Virus record (IMG/VR): IMGVR_UViG_3300031996_000001
Location: 1-64,000 of that record
Reading direction: 5' to 3' (one strand)
Length of the DNA: 64,000 nt
DNA from: a virus
Taxonomy: Duplodnaviria; Caudoviricetes
Part shown: one piece after another, positions 16,956 to 26,038 of the stretch
Layout: each line of letters begins with the position of its first letter
Numbering within the stretch: the stretch's first letter is position 1
The notes under the pieces: generated by a model
The model's input: the letters and a program-made list of their open reading frames with translations, nothing else
Told to the model about the DNA's origin: nothing
The model's database searches: none
Program-made: the position numbers and the translations under genes

Positions 16956-19900
16956 TCAGCCGACGATCACGTAGAGCGTGTTCGCGTCCTTGGTCCCCAG
17001 CGCGGTGTAGGCGGCCTGGGTGACGACCGCGATGGTCGTCATCCCGGTGCCGGTGACGTTGCCGTTGCCGGTGCCCGCCCCGATCGCCGTGCGCGCGGCG
17101 GCGGCGCTCGCCGCCGTCATCACCGAGCGGCCGGTGGTCGTGGAGTCGAGGACGTCGGTGGAGGAGAGCGTGACCGCGCCCGTGCGCCCGGCCACCGAGG
17201 ACACCGGCGACGCCGGGTAGGTCATCTGCCGCCAGCTGGCCAGCAGGGTGGAGTCGTCGGCGATGAGCTGCCAGTCGGTACCGAGGTCGGTGCGGGTCGC
17301 CCAGTCGCCGCGCTGCCCGACCAGGGCCAGCATCGCCGTCTGCGAGGCCACGGCGCCCAGGTAGTCGGTGAGCGCCACGGAGGGCAGCTGGGCCTGCGGG
17401 ATCTTCCCCGTGCCGTCCAGGGTCGCCGCAGCCGCCCAGGTGTTGTCCCCGCGCAGGAACTTGGTCGAGTCCCGGGTGCCGGTGGCGGTCAGGTCGGTGA
17501 CCGAGTGGGTGTGGCTGAGGTTGGCCTTCGTCGCCAGGCCGGGCACGGTCGGGCTGCCCGGGGTGCCGCCGAGGTCACCGGCGATGGCCGCCCGGGTGGA
17601 CATCTGCTTGTCGACGTAGGCCTTGGGGGACAGCTGAGCGGCCGTCGTCGGGTCCGCGCTGCTGCCGCTGATGACCGTGCCGGTGAAGGTCGTGGTGGCG
17701 AAGTTGAAGCTCAGCGCCGTGCCCTGCGCGGCGTTCAGCCCGGAGAACGAGAGGTTGCTCTGGGTGACCTGGATGTAGGTCGTGCCGTCCCCGTAGGGCA
17801 GGAAGCGCACGTCGCCGTTCGGGTTGCCGATCCGGAACGCGGCGCCCTGGCTGGTGTCGGGGTTGTAGATCCGGGGCTCGCGGATGCCGCTGTTGTCGAC
17901 GCCGCTGAACACCATCCCGGCGGCGTCGAAGTCGCCGTTGACGTCCCGCCGGATGACCGTGTTCGGGTCGTCCAGGTTGGTCGCGTCCACGATCTGCGCC
18001 GAGGTGTGGCTGTGGTTGACACCGCTGACCACGGTGGGCTCGTCGGCCGTGCCGCCGAGGTCCCCAGCCAGCTCCAGGATGCCCTTCACCGACGTGGAGG
18101 CCGCCGGGATCCCGAGGCCGCCGGTGTTGTCCCCGCCCTGCCGACCGCGCGGGCCCTGCACCAGGACCAGGTTGGCGCTGCCCAGCTCGACCAGGGTCAG
18201 CACGCACTCGGTCATCTCGACCGCGAACTCGCTGGCCGCGACGTAGAGGAAGGTCCGGCCGCCGCCCAGGCCGTGCACCTCGTAGTAGGTGCCGGACGGG
18301 ACGATCTGGTCGTTGGGGACGAGGTTCCAGCTGAGCAGACCGTTCGCGTCGCTGACCGCGCTGACCGAGCGCGAGATCGGGGCCTGGGTGAACGGGTCCG
18401 GGGAGTTGAGGTCGTAGGAGTCCGGCGCGACGTCCAGCCGCAGCATCAGGGTGATGGTGACCGTGCGCCCGATGATCGGCAGGCCGTCGGGGCCGATCAG
18501 GTGGTGCACCACGGTGGTGAACCGGCTGCCGAAGTTGGCCACGGTCGTGGCCGGGTCCGTGGGTGCCTCGGCCGACCGGTTGCCGGACGTGTCAACCGCC
18601 GAGACGGTGTAGTTGTAGACGCCGCCGAGGGTGACCGTGGTGTCGACGAAGCTGGTGCCGACGATCGCTCCGGCGCCGGTCAGGTCCGACCCGTCGCGGC
18701 GCACCCGGTAGGACGCGACCCCGGCGTCATCGGTGCTGGGCGTCCAGCTCACCGTGATCTGGGTCGTCCCGGTCGGCGTGGCCGTGACGTTGCCGGGCTC
18801 GGTGGGCGGCGCGACGTCGAAGGTCTTGCTGAGCGTGACCCGCTCGGTGTTGGTCGTGTCCCGGCCGGAGTAGCGGATGGTGATCGCCGTGCCGGTGTCG
18901 GTGATGTCGAGCAGGCCGTGCTGCTGCTCGGTGGTGCCGACGGTGGCCTGGGTCGGCCAGGTGCCCTGCGAGTAGGGGCCGCCCTTGATCGAGGTGGAGT
19001 TGCCCAGCGGCGCGGCGCCAGCGACCGGCAGCGAGCCGGTGTTGCCGATGCTCGTGCCGTCGTCGGCCAGCAGCGCGTGCGAGTCGCCGTGGATCAGGAA
19101 GACCTTGGCGTTGGCCGTGTGGATGGCGTCGACCAGCCGCTGCGCGGCGGCCTTGTAGCCGCCCCACTTGTCCGAACCAGCGGTCGCCACCTCGACATAC
19201 GGGACGTCCAGGCAGATGACCTTGACCGGGTAGGCCGGGTCGGCCAGCTCGGCGGCGATCCAGGCCTCCTGGGCCGTGCCGAACATCGTCTTGCTGGCGT
19301 TGTCCGTCGCCGAGGACGGGCTCTTGAACGACCGGCCGTCGGTCAGGATGAACTTGACCCGGCCGCGCCCGAAGGACCGGTAGATGCCGCCGGTCGGCAG
19401 GTCGGCGTCGACCGGGATGACCTCCCGGTAGGCGGCGTTGTAGCTCGGGGTCCAGGCGGCCGGGCCGCCGGTCCAGTCGTTGTTGCCCGAGTCGTGGTCG
19501 GACCACTGGTAGGCCAGCGGCATCCGGGTCAGGACGTCGTGCAGGCCGCTGTTGACCGCGATCTGGTTCTCGATCGAGGTCTGGTGAGTGGCCTGGGTGG
19601 TCGAGGTGCTGTTGTCGTAGTGCCAGTCGCCGAGGTGCAGGAACAGGTCCGGGGCGTTGGCCAGGATGTTGTCGAAGGACGTCCGGGTGGTGTTGCCCGA
19701 GGTCAGGCAGGACGCGAAGGCGACCCGGAAGCTCTTGACCGCCCCCGGGTTGTCGGTGGTGAACCGGCCGATCGACGTGGAGAGCACGCCGTCGACCTCG
19801 ACCTGGTACCAGTACGCGGTGTCCGGCTGCAGGCCGACGATCATGTGACGGCTGTACTGGGAGACGTCCGGCACCTGCACGGGGGTGTAGCCGACGCCGG

Positions 19901-20951
19901 TTGACATGCCCGCGTCCTGGGCGACCTTCAGCCGCACCTGGGAGGCGTAGGCGGTCTTCACCGAGACCGGGACCGAGTTGCCCGTCGGGGTGCCCGCGAT
20001 GGCGAAGACCAGGCTGCCGCTCGGCGCCGGGGTGGTGACCGAGGCAGCCGCCGACTCCACCGAGCGGTTCCCGGCCGCGTCGGCGGCCGAGACGGTGTAG
20101 CTGTAGGTGGTCTGCGCGGTCAGCCCGGTGTCCACGAACGACGTGCCGGTGACCGTGGCGACGTCGACCCCGCCCCGCCGCACCCGGTAGCTGGCCACGG
20201 CGGTGTCGTCGGTGCTCGGGCTCCAGGCGACGGTGACCTGGGTCGGCGAGTTGACGGTGGCGGTGACGTTGCTCGGGACGGTGGGCGACACCAGGTCGCC
20301 GGTGCCGACCTTCGTGCCGGGCCGGAAGGCCACCCCGAGGGAGACGGCAGCGTTGCTGGTCGCGTTGGTCTTGGTGAACTTGGCGGAGCCGGTCGCCCCG
20401 GCGACGGGGAACCCCTCGTAGGCGCTCTCCATCCGCCGCCCGATGCCGGTGGTGTCCAGGATGAGCGTCGTGCCGGGCGGCGGGGTGAAGTCGTCGGCGG
20501 TGACCGCCAGGACCGCCGCCGCGTAGATGACCAGCTCGTTGGCGAGCGTGGTGGTCATCGACGGCACGGTCGGACCGGCGGTGCTGCTGGTGGCGTTGTT
20601 GGCGGTGACGTCGATCGGAGTGGTCGTGTCAACCGCGTTCAGCCGCATCATCTGGGCCGAGATGCGGCTCGCGCCGCTGGTGTTGAAGCCGGAGAAGGTG
20701 TAGCTGGTCGGTTCGCTGGCGGTGGCCCAGCGGTAGAACAGGGCCATGTTGATGCCGACGTTGGTTGACGACTTGCCCAGGGTCCAGCCCGCCGGGGTGG
20801 CGGGCACGGTCGCCGTGGAGGTGGACTCCGCAACGAGGGCGACCAGCAGCTCACCAGCGAGAACCCCACCGGGGACCGCGATGGTGATCGCTGTGCCGGT
20901 GGAGACCTCGGCGAGCGTGGGGCTCCCGGCGATGAACGGCATCTGAGTCAC
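16956..20951 (-). CDS. Tail fibre/spike with FN3-PhoD phosphoesterase-FN3 module
   Basis: FASC, HLGDWHY, DHD, TDGRSF, GTAQEAW, DKWGGY, GDSH motifs; flanking FN3 repeats; C-terminal YTALGTKDANTLYVI. Confidence 0.82.
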   Translation of the reverse strand: MTQMPFIAGSPTLAEVSTGTAITIAVPGGVLAGELLVALVAESTSTATVPATPAGWTLGKSSTNVGINMALFYRWATASEPTSYTFSGFNTSGASRISAQMMRLNAVDTTTPIDVTANNATSSTAGPTVPSMTTTLANELVIYAAAVLAVTADDFTPPPGTTLILDTTGIGRRMESAYEGFPVAGATGSAKFTKTNATSNAAVSLGVAFRPGTKVGTGDLVSPTVPSNVTATVNSPTQVTVAWSPSTDDTAVASYRVRRGGVDVATVTGTSFVDTGLTAQTTYSYTVSAADAAGNRSVESAAASVTTPAPSGSLVFAIAGTPTGNSVPVSVKTAYASQVRLKVAQDAGMSTGVGYTPVQVPDVSQYSRHMIVGLQPDTAYWYQVEVDGVLSTSIGRFTTDNPGAVKSFRVAFASCLTSGNTTRTSFDNILANAPDLFLHLGDWHYDNSTSTTQATHQTSIENQIAVNSGLHDVLTRMPLAYQWSDHDSGNNDWTGGPAAWTPSYNAAYREVIPVDADLPTGGIYRSFGRGRVKFILTDGRSFKSPSSATDNASKTMFGTAQEAWIAAELADPAYPVKVICLDVPYVEVATAGSDKWGGYKAAAQRLVDAIHTANAKVFLIHGDSHALLADDGTSIGNTGSLPVAGAAPLGNSTSIKGGPYSQGTWPTQATVGTTEQQHGLLDITDTGTAITIRYSGRDTTNTERVTLSKTFDVAPPTEPGNVTATPTGTTQITVSWTPSTDDAGVASYRVRRDGSDLTGAGAIVGTSFVDTTVTLGGVYNYTVSAVDTSGNRSAEAPTDPATTVANFGSRFTTVVHHLIGPDGLPIIGRTVTITLMLRLDVAPDSYDLNSPDPFTQAPISRSVSAVSDANGLLSWNLVPNDQIVPSGTYYEVHGLGGGRTFLYVAASEFAVEMTECVLTLVELGSANLVLVQGPRGRQGGDNTGGLGIPAASTSVKGILELAGDLGGTADEPTVVSGVNHSHTSAQIVDATNLDDPNTVIRRDVNGDFDAAGMVFSGVDNSGIREPRIYNPDTSQGAAFRIGNPNGDVRFLPYGDGTTYIQVTQSNLSFSGLNAAQGTALSFNFATTTFTGTVISGSSADPTTAAQLSPKAYVDKQMSTRAAIAGDLGGTPGSPTVPGLATKANLSHTHSVTDLTATGTRDSTKFLRGDNTWAAAATLDGTGKIPQAQLPSVALTDYLGAVASQTAMLALVGQRGDWATRTDLGTDWQLIADDSTLLASWRQMTYPASPVSSVAGRTGAVTLSSTDVLDSTTTGRSVMTAASAAAARTAIGAGTGNGNVTGTGMTTIAVVTQAAYTALGTKDANTLYVIVG

Positions 20952-21180
20952 GCGGCACCACCGGGCATGGTCAGATGATGGCAGGCGGTGATCGAGCGAT
21001 GACGCCGCGCGACGGGGTCAGCTCCTCGGCAGGCTGCTCTGCGGGGTCAGATCACAACTCTCGCAGACCGCCCAGGCGGTGGCCTTCCCCTCCTTGCTGG
21101 CCGGGTGGACCACCACGTACTGCCGCTGCCCGCCGCAGCAGTTGCACTTGCGCGTCCGGTTCAGCTGCAGCTCGGCCATC

Positions 21181-21540
21181 TCACTCGCCGCCGCCCCCGT
21201 GCACCGGCTTCCCCGCCTGGGTCCAGCCGCTGGTCGCGTAGGCCCGCACCTTCTTGCTGAAGTGCCGGGCCAGCTCGGTGGGGACGTCCCCGTTGTGGAT
21301 CATCAGCTGGCGCATGAACTCGTGGATCGAGTAGTGGCCGTTGCAGCAGACCGAGATCCGGTTGGCCGCGACGTTCGGTCCGCCGAGGCCTTCGGGCCAG
21401 ACGTGGTGGGACTCGATCGGCACCCACTCGCGGTGCCGGTGGACGACGCACTCCTCGCCCATCGGCATGGTCGCCACCAGGTGGGCATGGCCCGCATCGT
21501 GGATGCTGGGCTCAGCTACCGACTGCGCGTTCGCCGTCAC
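21181..21540 (-). CDS. HNH endonuclease
   Basis: ESHHVWPEGLGG.N...NRISVCCNGHYSIH. Confidence 0.8.
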   Translation of the reverse strand: MTANAQSVAEPSIHDAGHAHLVATMPMGEECVVHRHREWVPIESHHVWPEGLGGPNVAANRISVCCNGHYSIHEFMRQLMIHNGDVPTELARHFSKKVRAYATSGWTQAGKPVHGGGGE

Positions 21541-21641
21541 ACACAGAGAGTGTCATGGGCGGGTCGAGGGTTCGGTCCCGCCGCAGTGGCATCCGAAGTG
21601 CCTGCGCGAACACGGCGACGAGAGCATCCTCGACCCGGGCT

Positions 21642-22007
21642 TCACGCTTCTGTCTCTGGGCCGCGACCTCGTCCATGAGCGCAGTGTGCGGGATCGACTC
21701 CGCTCTCCCGGGGACCTCGGTCGTTCCCTGCGCTCGCGCGTGTCGCTACAGCGGCTGTACCGAGATCGGCCGGGAAGCACAGGTTGCACCTGGTTGACAC
21801 GGTTGAGGGCGCAGTCCCCTCTCGCTGGGTCGGTAACCTCACCGGAAGCCGAGAGCCCGGACCCGCTTCCCAGGGGTCCGGGCTCTTGCGTTCGTCGGCG
21901 ATCCGGATGCCGCGACCGATGAACAGCGCGCCCAGCAGGCCCACGGCCAGCCAGGCGCCCAGCCCGATCAGGACGATCGTGAGCAGGAAGAACCAGTCGA
22001 TGATCAT
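21642..22007 (-). CDS. Membrane-anchored hypothetical protein
   Basis: N-terminal TM segment; ATGA coupling; 3' half less coding-like. Confidence 0.5.
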   Translation of the reverse strand: MIIDWFFLLTIVLIGLGAWLAVGLLGALFIGRGIRIADERKSPDPWEAGPGSRLPVRLPTQREGTAPSTVSTRCNLCFPADLGTAAVATRASAGNDRGPRESGVDPAHCAHGRGRGPETEA

Positions 22008-22237
22008 CGGGCTCCCTGGTTGGTCTCCTCGTCCTGCTTGGCTTCCACCCGCGCCGCCTGCCAGGCCGAGAACGACCCCAGGAACAGCGCGATCATCGAG
22101 ACGAAGCTGACGAAGATGACGCTCTCCAGCCAGCCCAGGGCGTAGGCCACGGCGGTGAACGGCAGCCAGAACGCCGTGCACCAGCCGTGGAAGGCCCGCA
22201 GGAAGTTCGGGCGCCCGAACAGCGCGAAGATCCTCAC
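22004..22237 (-). CDS. Small two-TM membrane protein
   Basis: FHGWCTAFW...WLESVIFVS...SAWQAA. Confidence 0.65.
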   Translation of the reverse strand: MRIFALFGRPNFLRAFHGWCTAFWLPFTAVAYALGWLESVIFVSFVSMIALFLGSFSAWQAARVEAKQDEETNQGAR

Positions 22238-22410
22238 CGGGCGACCCGGCGGTGCTCCCGGCCGTCCAGGCTCATGTGCATGTAGGCGGCCACCAGCTCG
22301 TCGGGGCCGAACGCGCGGGCGACCAACGTGCTGGCCGGGCCGCAGACGCAGTCGGCGGAGCGCTCGTGCTCGATGAGGTCGCCGACCGGGATGATGTGCA
22401 TCGGCTTCAC
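22234..22410 (-). CDS. Small Zn-binding protein (not in ORF track)
   Basis: Hand translation MKPMHIIPVGDLIEHERSADCVCGP...SLDGRE; coupled both sides. Confidence 0.7.
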   Translation of the reverse strand: MKPMHIIPVGDLIEHERSADCVCGPASTLVARAFGPDELVAAYMHMSLDGREHRRVAR

Positions 22411-22685
22411 GCCGCTGCCACCGCCAGCAGCTCGATGTCCTCGTCGCCGAGGTCCATGTCAACCGAGCACGGGCACCAGCCGGGGCACATCGCGGCGACG
22501 CCCTGGTGCACGCCCAGCTTCTCGAAGACCCAGCACTTCAGCTCGTCGGGGGCGTTGAGCCAGTCGGTGAGCAGGACCGGTCGCAGCGCGAGGAGCGCGA
22601 GGGCCGTCCGGACCACGCGACCTCCACGGCCATCCAGAGCGCGGTCCCGAAGGCCAGCCAGTCGCTCCACCGCAGGTGCACTCAC
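22407..22685 (-). CDS. Hypothetical protein
   Basis: Coupled ORF. Confidence 0.55.
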   Translation of the reverse strand: MSAPAVERLAGLRDRALDGRGGRVVRTALALLALRPVLLTDWLNAPDELKCWVFEKLGVHQGVAAMCPGWCPCSVDMDLGDEDIELLAVAAA

Positions 22686-22774
22686 GACGCCCTCCGCTCG
22701 ACTGGCTCAGGGAAGGGCAGCTCCAGCTGGCCCTCGACGGTCTCGCGCGGGTCCAGGGTCGTCCGGCGCGTCAT
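22682..22774 (-). CDS. 30-aa peptide with QLELPF motif
   Basis: ATGA overlap with thyX stop; TGA overlaps next GTG. Confidence 0.5.
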   Translation of the reverse strand: MTRRTTLDPRETVEGQLELPFPEPVERRAS

Positions 22775-23481
22775 GGCGCGACCCGGCCGAACTCGCAGAA
22801 CGCGGCGTGGGTGATCGGCATCAGGGTCTCCAGGGCGTCCTCGTACCCCGCCGCGACCTGCTGGATCTCCCACATCGGCTTGCTCGGGTAGGCCGCCGCC
22901 GGGTCCTCGGTGCGCAGGCTCAGGAAGGCCATCAGCGACCGGGCGTTGCAGGTCGTCCAGTAGGTGGTCATCAGGTTGACCGGCAGCACCATCCGGGCCA
23001 CCTCGCGGGCGACGCCGCTGGCCAGCAGCGACTCGTACTCGCGGAAGGCCTCCCGGGCCAGCCGGGACAGCGAGCCGGTCACCTGGGCCCGCTGGAGGTA
23101 GCTGCCGGGCTGGATGTCGTAGGACATCGCCTTGCCGACCTGGGTCAGCCCGCGCTCGCTCGGGGGGATGTAGAACGTCGGGTCGAAGGCCTTGAACCGG
23201 CCGGACTCGCCGTTGTAGCTCCAGCCGATGCGGTGCCGCAGGTGCTCGGTGGCCACGCAGAGCGGCATCTGCACCCGGAAGCTGAAGGAGTTGTGCTCGA
23301 ACGGGCTGCCGTGTCGGTCGCGCATCAGGGCCCGGATCAGGCCTTCCACCGGCCGGTCGATGTCCTCGGCCATCTGCCCGGCGGTTGACACGCGGGCGGC
23401 CGAGGCTACGAAGGCGTCCCGGGCGTTGGCGCTGGAGACCAGCTCGACGCTGATCTGACTGGTGAGCTGAACGTCCTGCAC
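22771..23481 (-). CDS. thyX: FAD-dependent thymidylate synthase
   Basis: HGSPFEH, RHR..SYN.ESGRF, REVARMVLP, NARSLM.FL.LR, WEIQ. Confidence 0.92.
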   Translation of the reverse strand: MQDVQLTSQISVELVSSANARDAFVASAARVSTAGQMAEDIDRPVEGLIRALMRDRHGSPFEHNSFSFRVQMPLCVATEHLRHRIGWSYNGESGRFKAFDPTFYIPPSERGLTQVGKAMSYDIQPGSYLQRAQVTGSLSRLAREAFREYESLLASGVAREVARMVLPVNLMTTYWTTCNARSLMAFLSLRTEDPAAAYPSKPMWEIQQVAAGYEDALETLMPITHAAFCEFGRVAP

Positions 23482-23482
23482 A

Positions 23483-23698
23483 TCACTGGCTGCCACGAAC
23501 CGTGTCTACAGGGTGACCCTCGATCGGAGTGTTCCGCCGCCGCAGCAGTAGGTTGACGCCCACCGCGCCGCTGATGCAGACCGAGCAGGGCACCGTCGCG
23601 GCGTCGATGCCGAGCATCAGCCCGTAGACCAGCATGAAGACCCCGGCGAACCCGAAGATCACCATCACGTCGCACAGGAAGCGGTCCCAGGGGTTCAT
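23483..23698 (-). CDS. Small membrane protein
   Basis: Two hydrophobic segments; coupled. Confidence 0.6.
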   Translation of the reverse strand: MNPWDRFLCDVMVIFGFAGVFMLVYGLMLGIDAATVPCSVCISGAVGVNLLLRRRNTPIEGHPVDTVRGSQ

Positions 23699-24156
23699 CG
23701 GACCAGCGCTACCCGGGCGCGCGGCTGCTCACGCAGGTCCGGGATCACCCAGCCCCGTCGGGTCATGTCGTTGACGACGTCGGTCTTGTAGCCGATCGCC
23801 AGGCCCGCCTCCACCAGCTTCCAGGCGTCGCGGGTCTGCACCCGCATGTAGGGCAGGCAGCCGTGCAGGACGATCGTTGCGCGGGCCCCAGTGACCTGCC
23901 AGCGCAGCGAGGAGGACTCGATGCGCATGTGTTTGTCCGGGCAGTGCTCGGTGCACTGATGGCGGTTGTAGGCCTTCGGGATCGAGCGCACCTTGACCCC
24001 GGTGACCAGGGCCAGCCAGTCCAGCGCGGCGATCCGCCCCTGGATGGTCACCTCGGGCAGGCCGGTCCCCCGGTAGTCCCGTACCCGGAGCACCGCGAAG
24101 GAGTCGACCAGGGCGGCGGCGTAGGCCAGGTCAGCGGGCTCCAGTTTGGTTGACAC
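23695..24156 (-). CDS. Degenerate single-motif LAGLIDADG-like protein
   Basis: DLAYAAALVDSFAVL..., LDWL...G.KV, LRWQV, L.GCLPYMRV resemble the LAGLIDADG fold; catalytic acidic residue absent. Confidence 0.5.
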   Translation of the reverse strand: MSTKLEPADLAYAAALVDSFAVLRVRDYRGTGLPEVTIQGRIAALDWLALVTGVKVRSIPKAYNRHQCTEHCPDKHMRIESSSLRWQVTGARATIVLHGCLPYMRVQTRDAWKLVEAGLAIGYKTDVVNDMTRRGWVIPDLREQPRARVALVR

Positions 24157-24180
24157 AGCCCTGAATACTACGGTGGCGCG

Positions 24181-24489
24181 GTGCAGCTCTGGTGGCATCT
24201 CTACGGCGCGGACATCCCGGAGAAGGGCTACGCCTGCCAACTGCTGATCGGCGGCACCGACAAGGGGCCCGACGACATCCCCGCCACGATGCCCTTCGAG
24301 CTGGGCACGGTCATCGAGGACGGCACGACCGCCCGCCAGCTCCCCCGGCTCGGGTCATGGGACCACCGGCCGACGATCGCCGAGCAGAACGCCGTGCGGA
24401 TCTTCGGCGGCCTGGACCCGGAGGTCCCGGCCGACAACGTGGACGACTACGGCGACGACCTCGACGGGCACCAGGACGACGACTGGTGA
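24181..24489 (+). CDS. Acidic hypothetical protein, leaderless
   Basis: TACGGT-6-GTG. Confidence 0.6.
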   Translation: MQLWWHLYGADIPEKGYACQLLIGGTDKGPDDIPATMPFELGTVIEDGTTARQLPRLGSWDHRPTIAEQNAVRIFGGLDPEVPADNVDDYGDDLDGHQDDDW

Positions 24490-24491
24490 GG

Positions 24492-25295
24492 TCAGAAGAC
24501 GCTGGTCAGCTTGTAGTTGCAGCCGATCTCGATGATCTGGCCCGCCAGCGGGGTGTCGAAGCGGCCGGAGGTGAAGACGACCTCGAAGTGCCCCTTGGTC
24601 GTGTTCGCCGTGACTTCGTAGTTCAGCGTGGCCGTGATGCCGTCGCCGAACAGACCGTTGAGCGTGCCGGTCTTCACGGTGCCCGGGTGGAAGACGATGT
24701 AGGCGCCGCCGAACCAGACGCTGTAGATCGCGTTGGGCGCGTCGGTGTCGCTGGGCGCGATCGGCCAGTCACCGGTCAGCGTGAAGGCCTCCTGGGAGCC
24801 CATGTCGGCGCCGAGGACGTGCTGGAACTTGTTGAGCACCGGCATGTTGATGCCCCAGCTGTAGGCCGAGATGTGGTCGGCCGGGACCACTCCCCCACCG
24901 CCAGCGGGCGCCGGGGGCGGGGTGGGCAGCGCGGAGAGCCGGGAGATCAGCTCGTCCTCGGTGACCAGGTCGACCAGCGGGCCGTCCAGATTGTCCAGGA
25001 TGGCGATCCGCGCGATCGAGACCGTCGTCGCCGGGATCTCCATCGGCACCCGGACGACCACCGGGTGGTCCTCGATGCCGGTGACCACGTAGGTCGGGGT
25101 GCCGTGCCCGGGGTACTTGGGCAGGTCCCAGGTCAGGTTGCCGTGGCTGTCGCTGATCGCGTTGACCACGCCGACCTTCTGGAAGGTCCCCGGCGTCGGG
25201 CTGTCCGGCCCACCCAGGTAGACCGCGACCTGCGCCTTCCGCCCCGAGATCGGGTGGTTGCTGCCGTCGACTACTACGTGGCTGAGGGTGGTCAC
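24492..25295 (-). CDS. Probable virion/tail accessory protein, leaderless
   Basis: N-terminus (P.SGR.....NA.SD..G.L.W.L) resembles the internal domain of 16956-20951; CATCCT-6-GTG. Confidence 0.55.
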   Translation of the reverse strand: MTTLSHVVVDGSNHPISGRKAQVAVYLGGPDSPTPGTFQKVGVVNAISDSHGNLTWDLPKYPGHGTPTYVVTGIEDHPVVVRVPMEIPATTVSIARIAILDNLDGPLVDLVTEDELISRLSALPTPPPAPAGGGGVVPADHISAYSWGINMPVLNKFQHVLGADMGSQEAFTLTGDWPIAPSDTDAPNAIYSVWFGGAYIVFHPGTVKTGTLNGLFGDGITATLNYEVTANTTKGHFEVVFTSGRFDTPLAGQIIEIGCNYKLTSVF

Positions 25296-25343
25296 GAACC
25301 CAGGATGACAGGTCCACTACGCGCAGTGATGGACGCGGTCCGT

Positions 25344-25374
25344 GTTGACACTGTTGACACGAAGGGTGCATACT
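25344..25374 (+). promoter_or_regulatory. Promoter with tandem boxes
   Basis: GTTGACA-CT-GTTGACA; TTGACA-18-CATACT-6-ATG. Confidence 0.8.
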
Positions 25375-25380
25375 CTCCGC

Positions 25381-25641
25381 ATGGTCACTTGCCCGAGCTG
25401 CGGTCACGCCTTCCACCCGAAGGCCTGCACCCCCTGCCCACCCGAACCGCCCGTCGGCACCTGGATGAAGGACCGCTTCGGCGGCACCACCCAGCGCCGC
25501 GTCTACCAGGGCCACGACGGCTGGGGGCAGCCCGGCGTCTGGAACTACGGCGTCTGGGAGTCCATGTGGGCCGCGCGCGGCCCCTACACCGAGTGCGGCC
25601 CCTGGGGCGCCGAACTGACCACCAACCAGAAGGAGGCCTGA
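25381..25641 (+). CDS. Zn-ribbon hypothetical protein, leaderless
   Basis: CPSCGHAFH start. Confidence 0.65.
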   Translation: MVTCPSCGHAFHPKACTPCPPEPPVGTWMKDRFGGTTQRRVYQGHDGWGQPGVWNYGVWESMWAARGPYTECGPWGAELTTNQKEA

Positions 25642-25642
25642 C

Positions 25643-26038
25643 ATGGCCCAGCGTGTGATCACCTACGTCCAGTACACCGACGACCTGACCGGCGAGGAGT
25701 TCGGCGAGCAGGACGGCGAGACCGTCGTCTACGCCATCGACGGCGCGCACTACGAGATCGACCTGGTCGCCTCGAACGCCAAGGCGCTGCGCGAGCTGCT
25801 GGCGCCCTACCTGCAGGTGTCCCGCAAGACGGTTGACACGCGCGGCCGGAAGCTCGTGAAGGGCGGCGGTCAGGGCACCCACCCGGAGAAGAAGCGCCGC
25901 CGGACCAAGGACGAGATGGCGCGCATCCGCGCCTGGGCCAAGGAGAACGGCTACCCGACCGGGGAGAACACGACCACGCCCAACCGCGTCCCCTTCGACA
26001 CCGTGCAGGCCTACGCCCGGCTGGTGGAGGAGGCGTGA
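25643..26038 (+). CDS. lsr2: Lsr2-like nucleoid-associated protein
   Basis: DDLTG..ETV.YAIDG.HYEIDL...NA..LR..LAPY; IRAWAKENGY. Confidence 0.9.
   Translation: MAQRVITYVQYTDDLTGEEFGEQDGETVVYAIDGAHYEIDLVASNAKALRELLAPYLQVSRKTVDTRGRKLVKGGGQGTHPEKKRRRTKDEMARIRAWAKENGYPTGENTTTPNRVPFDTVQAYARLVEEA

Noticed and set aside
14142-19904. Long antisense ORFs (e.g. 1727-3403, 14142-16820, 17505-19904, 40929-42944, 49393-50871)
   Set aside because: Shadow frames of GC3-rich real genes; low-complexity R/G/A/P translations with no motifs
13833-20951. Diversity-generating retroelement template/variable repeats in fibre genes
   Set aside because: Duplications are diverged at protein level, show no adenine-specific pattern, and no reverse transcriptase is present
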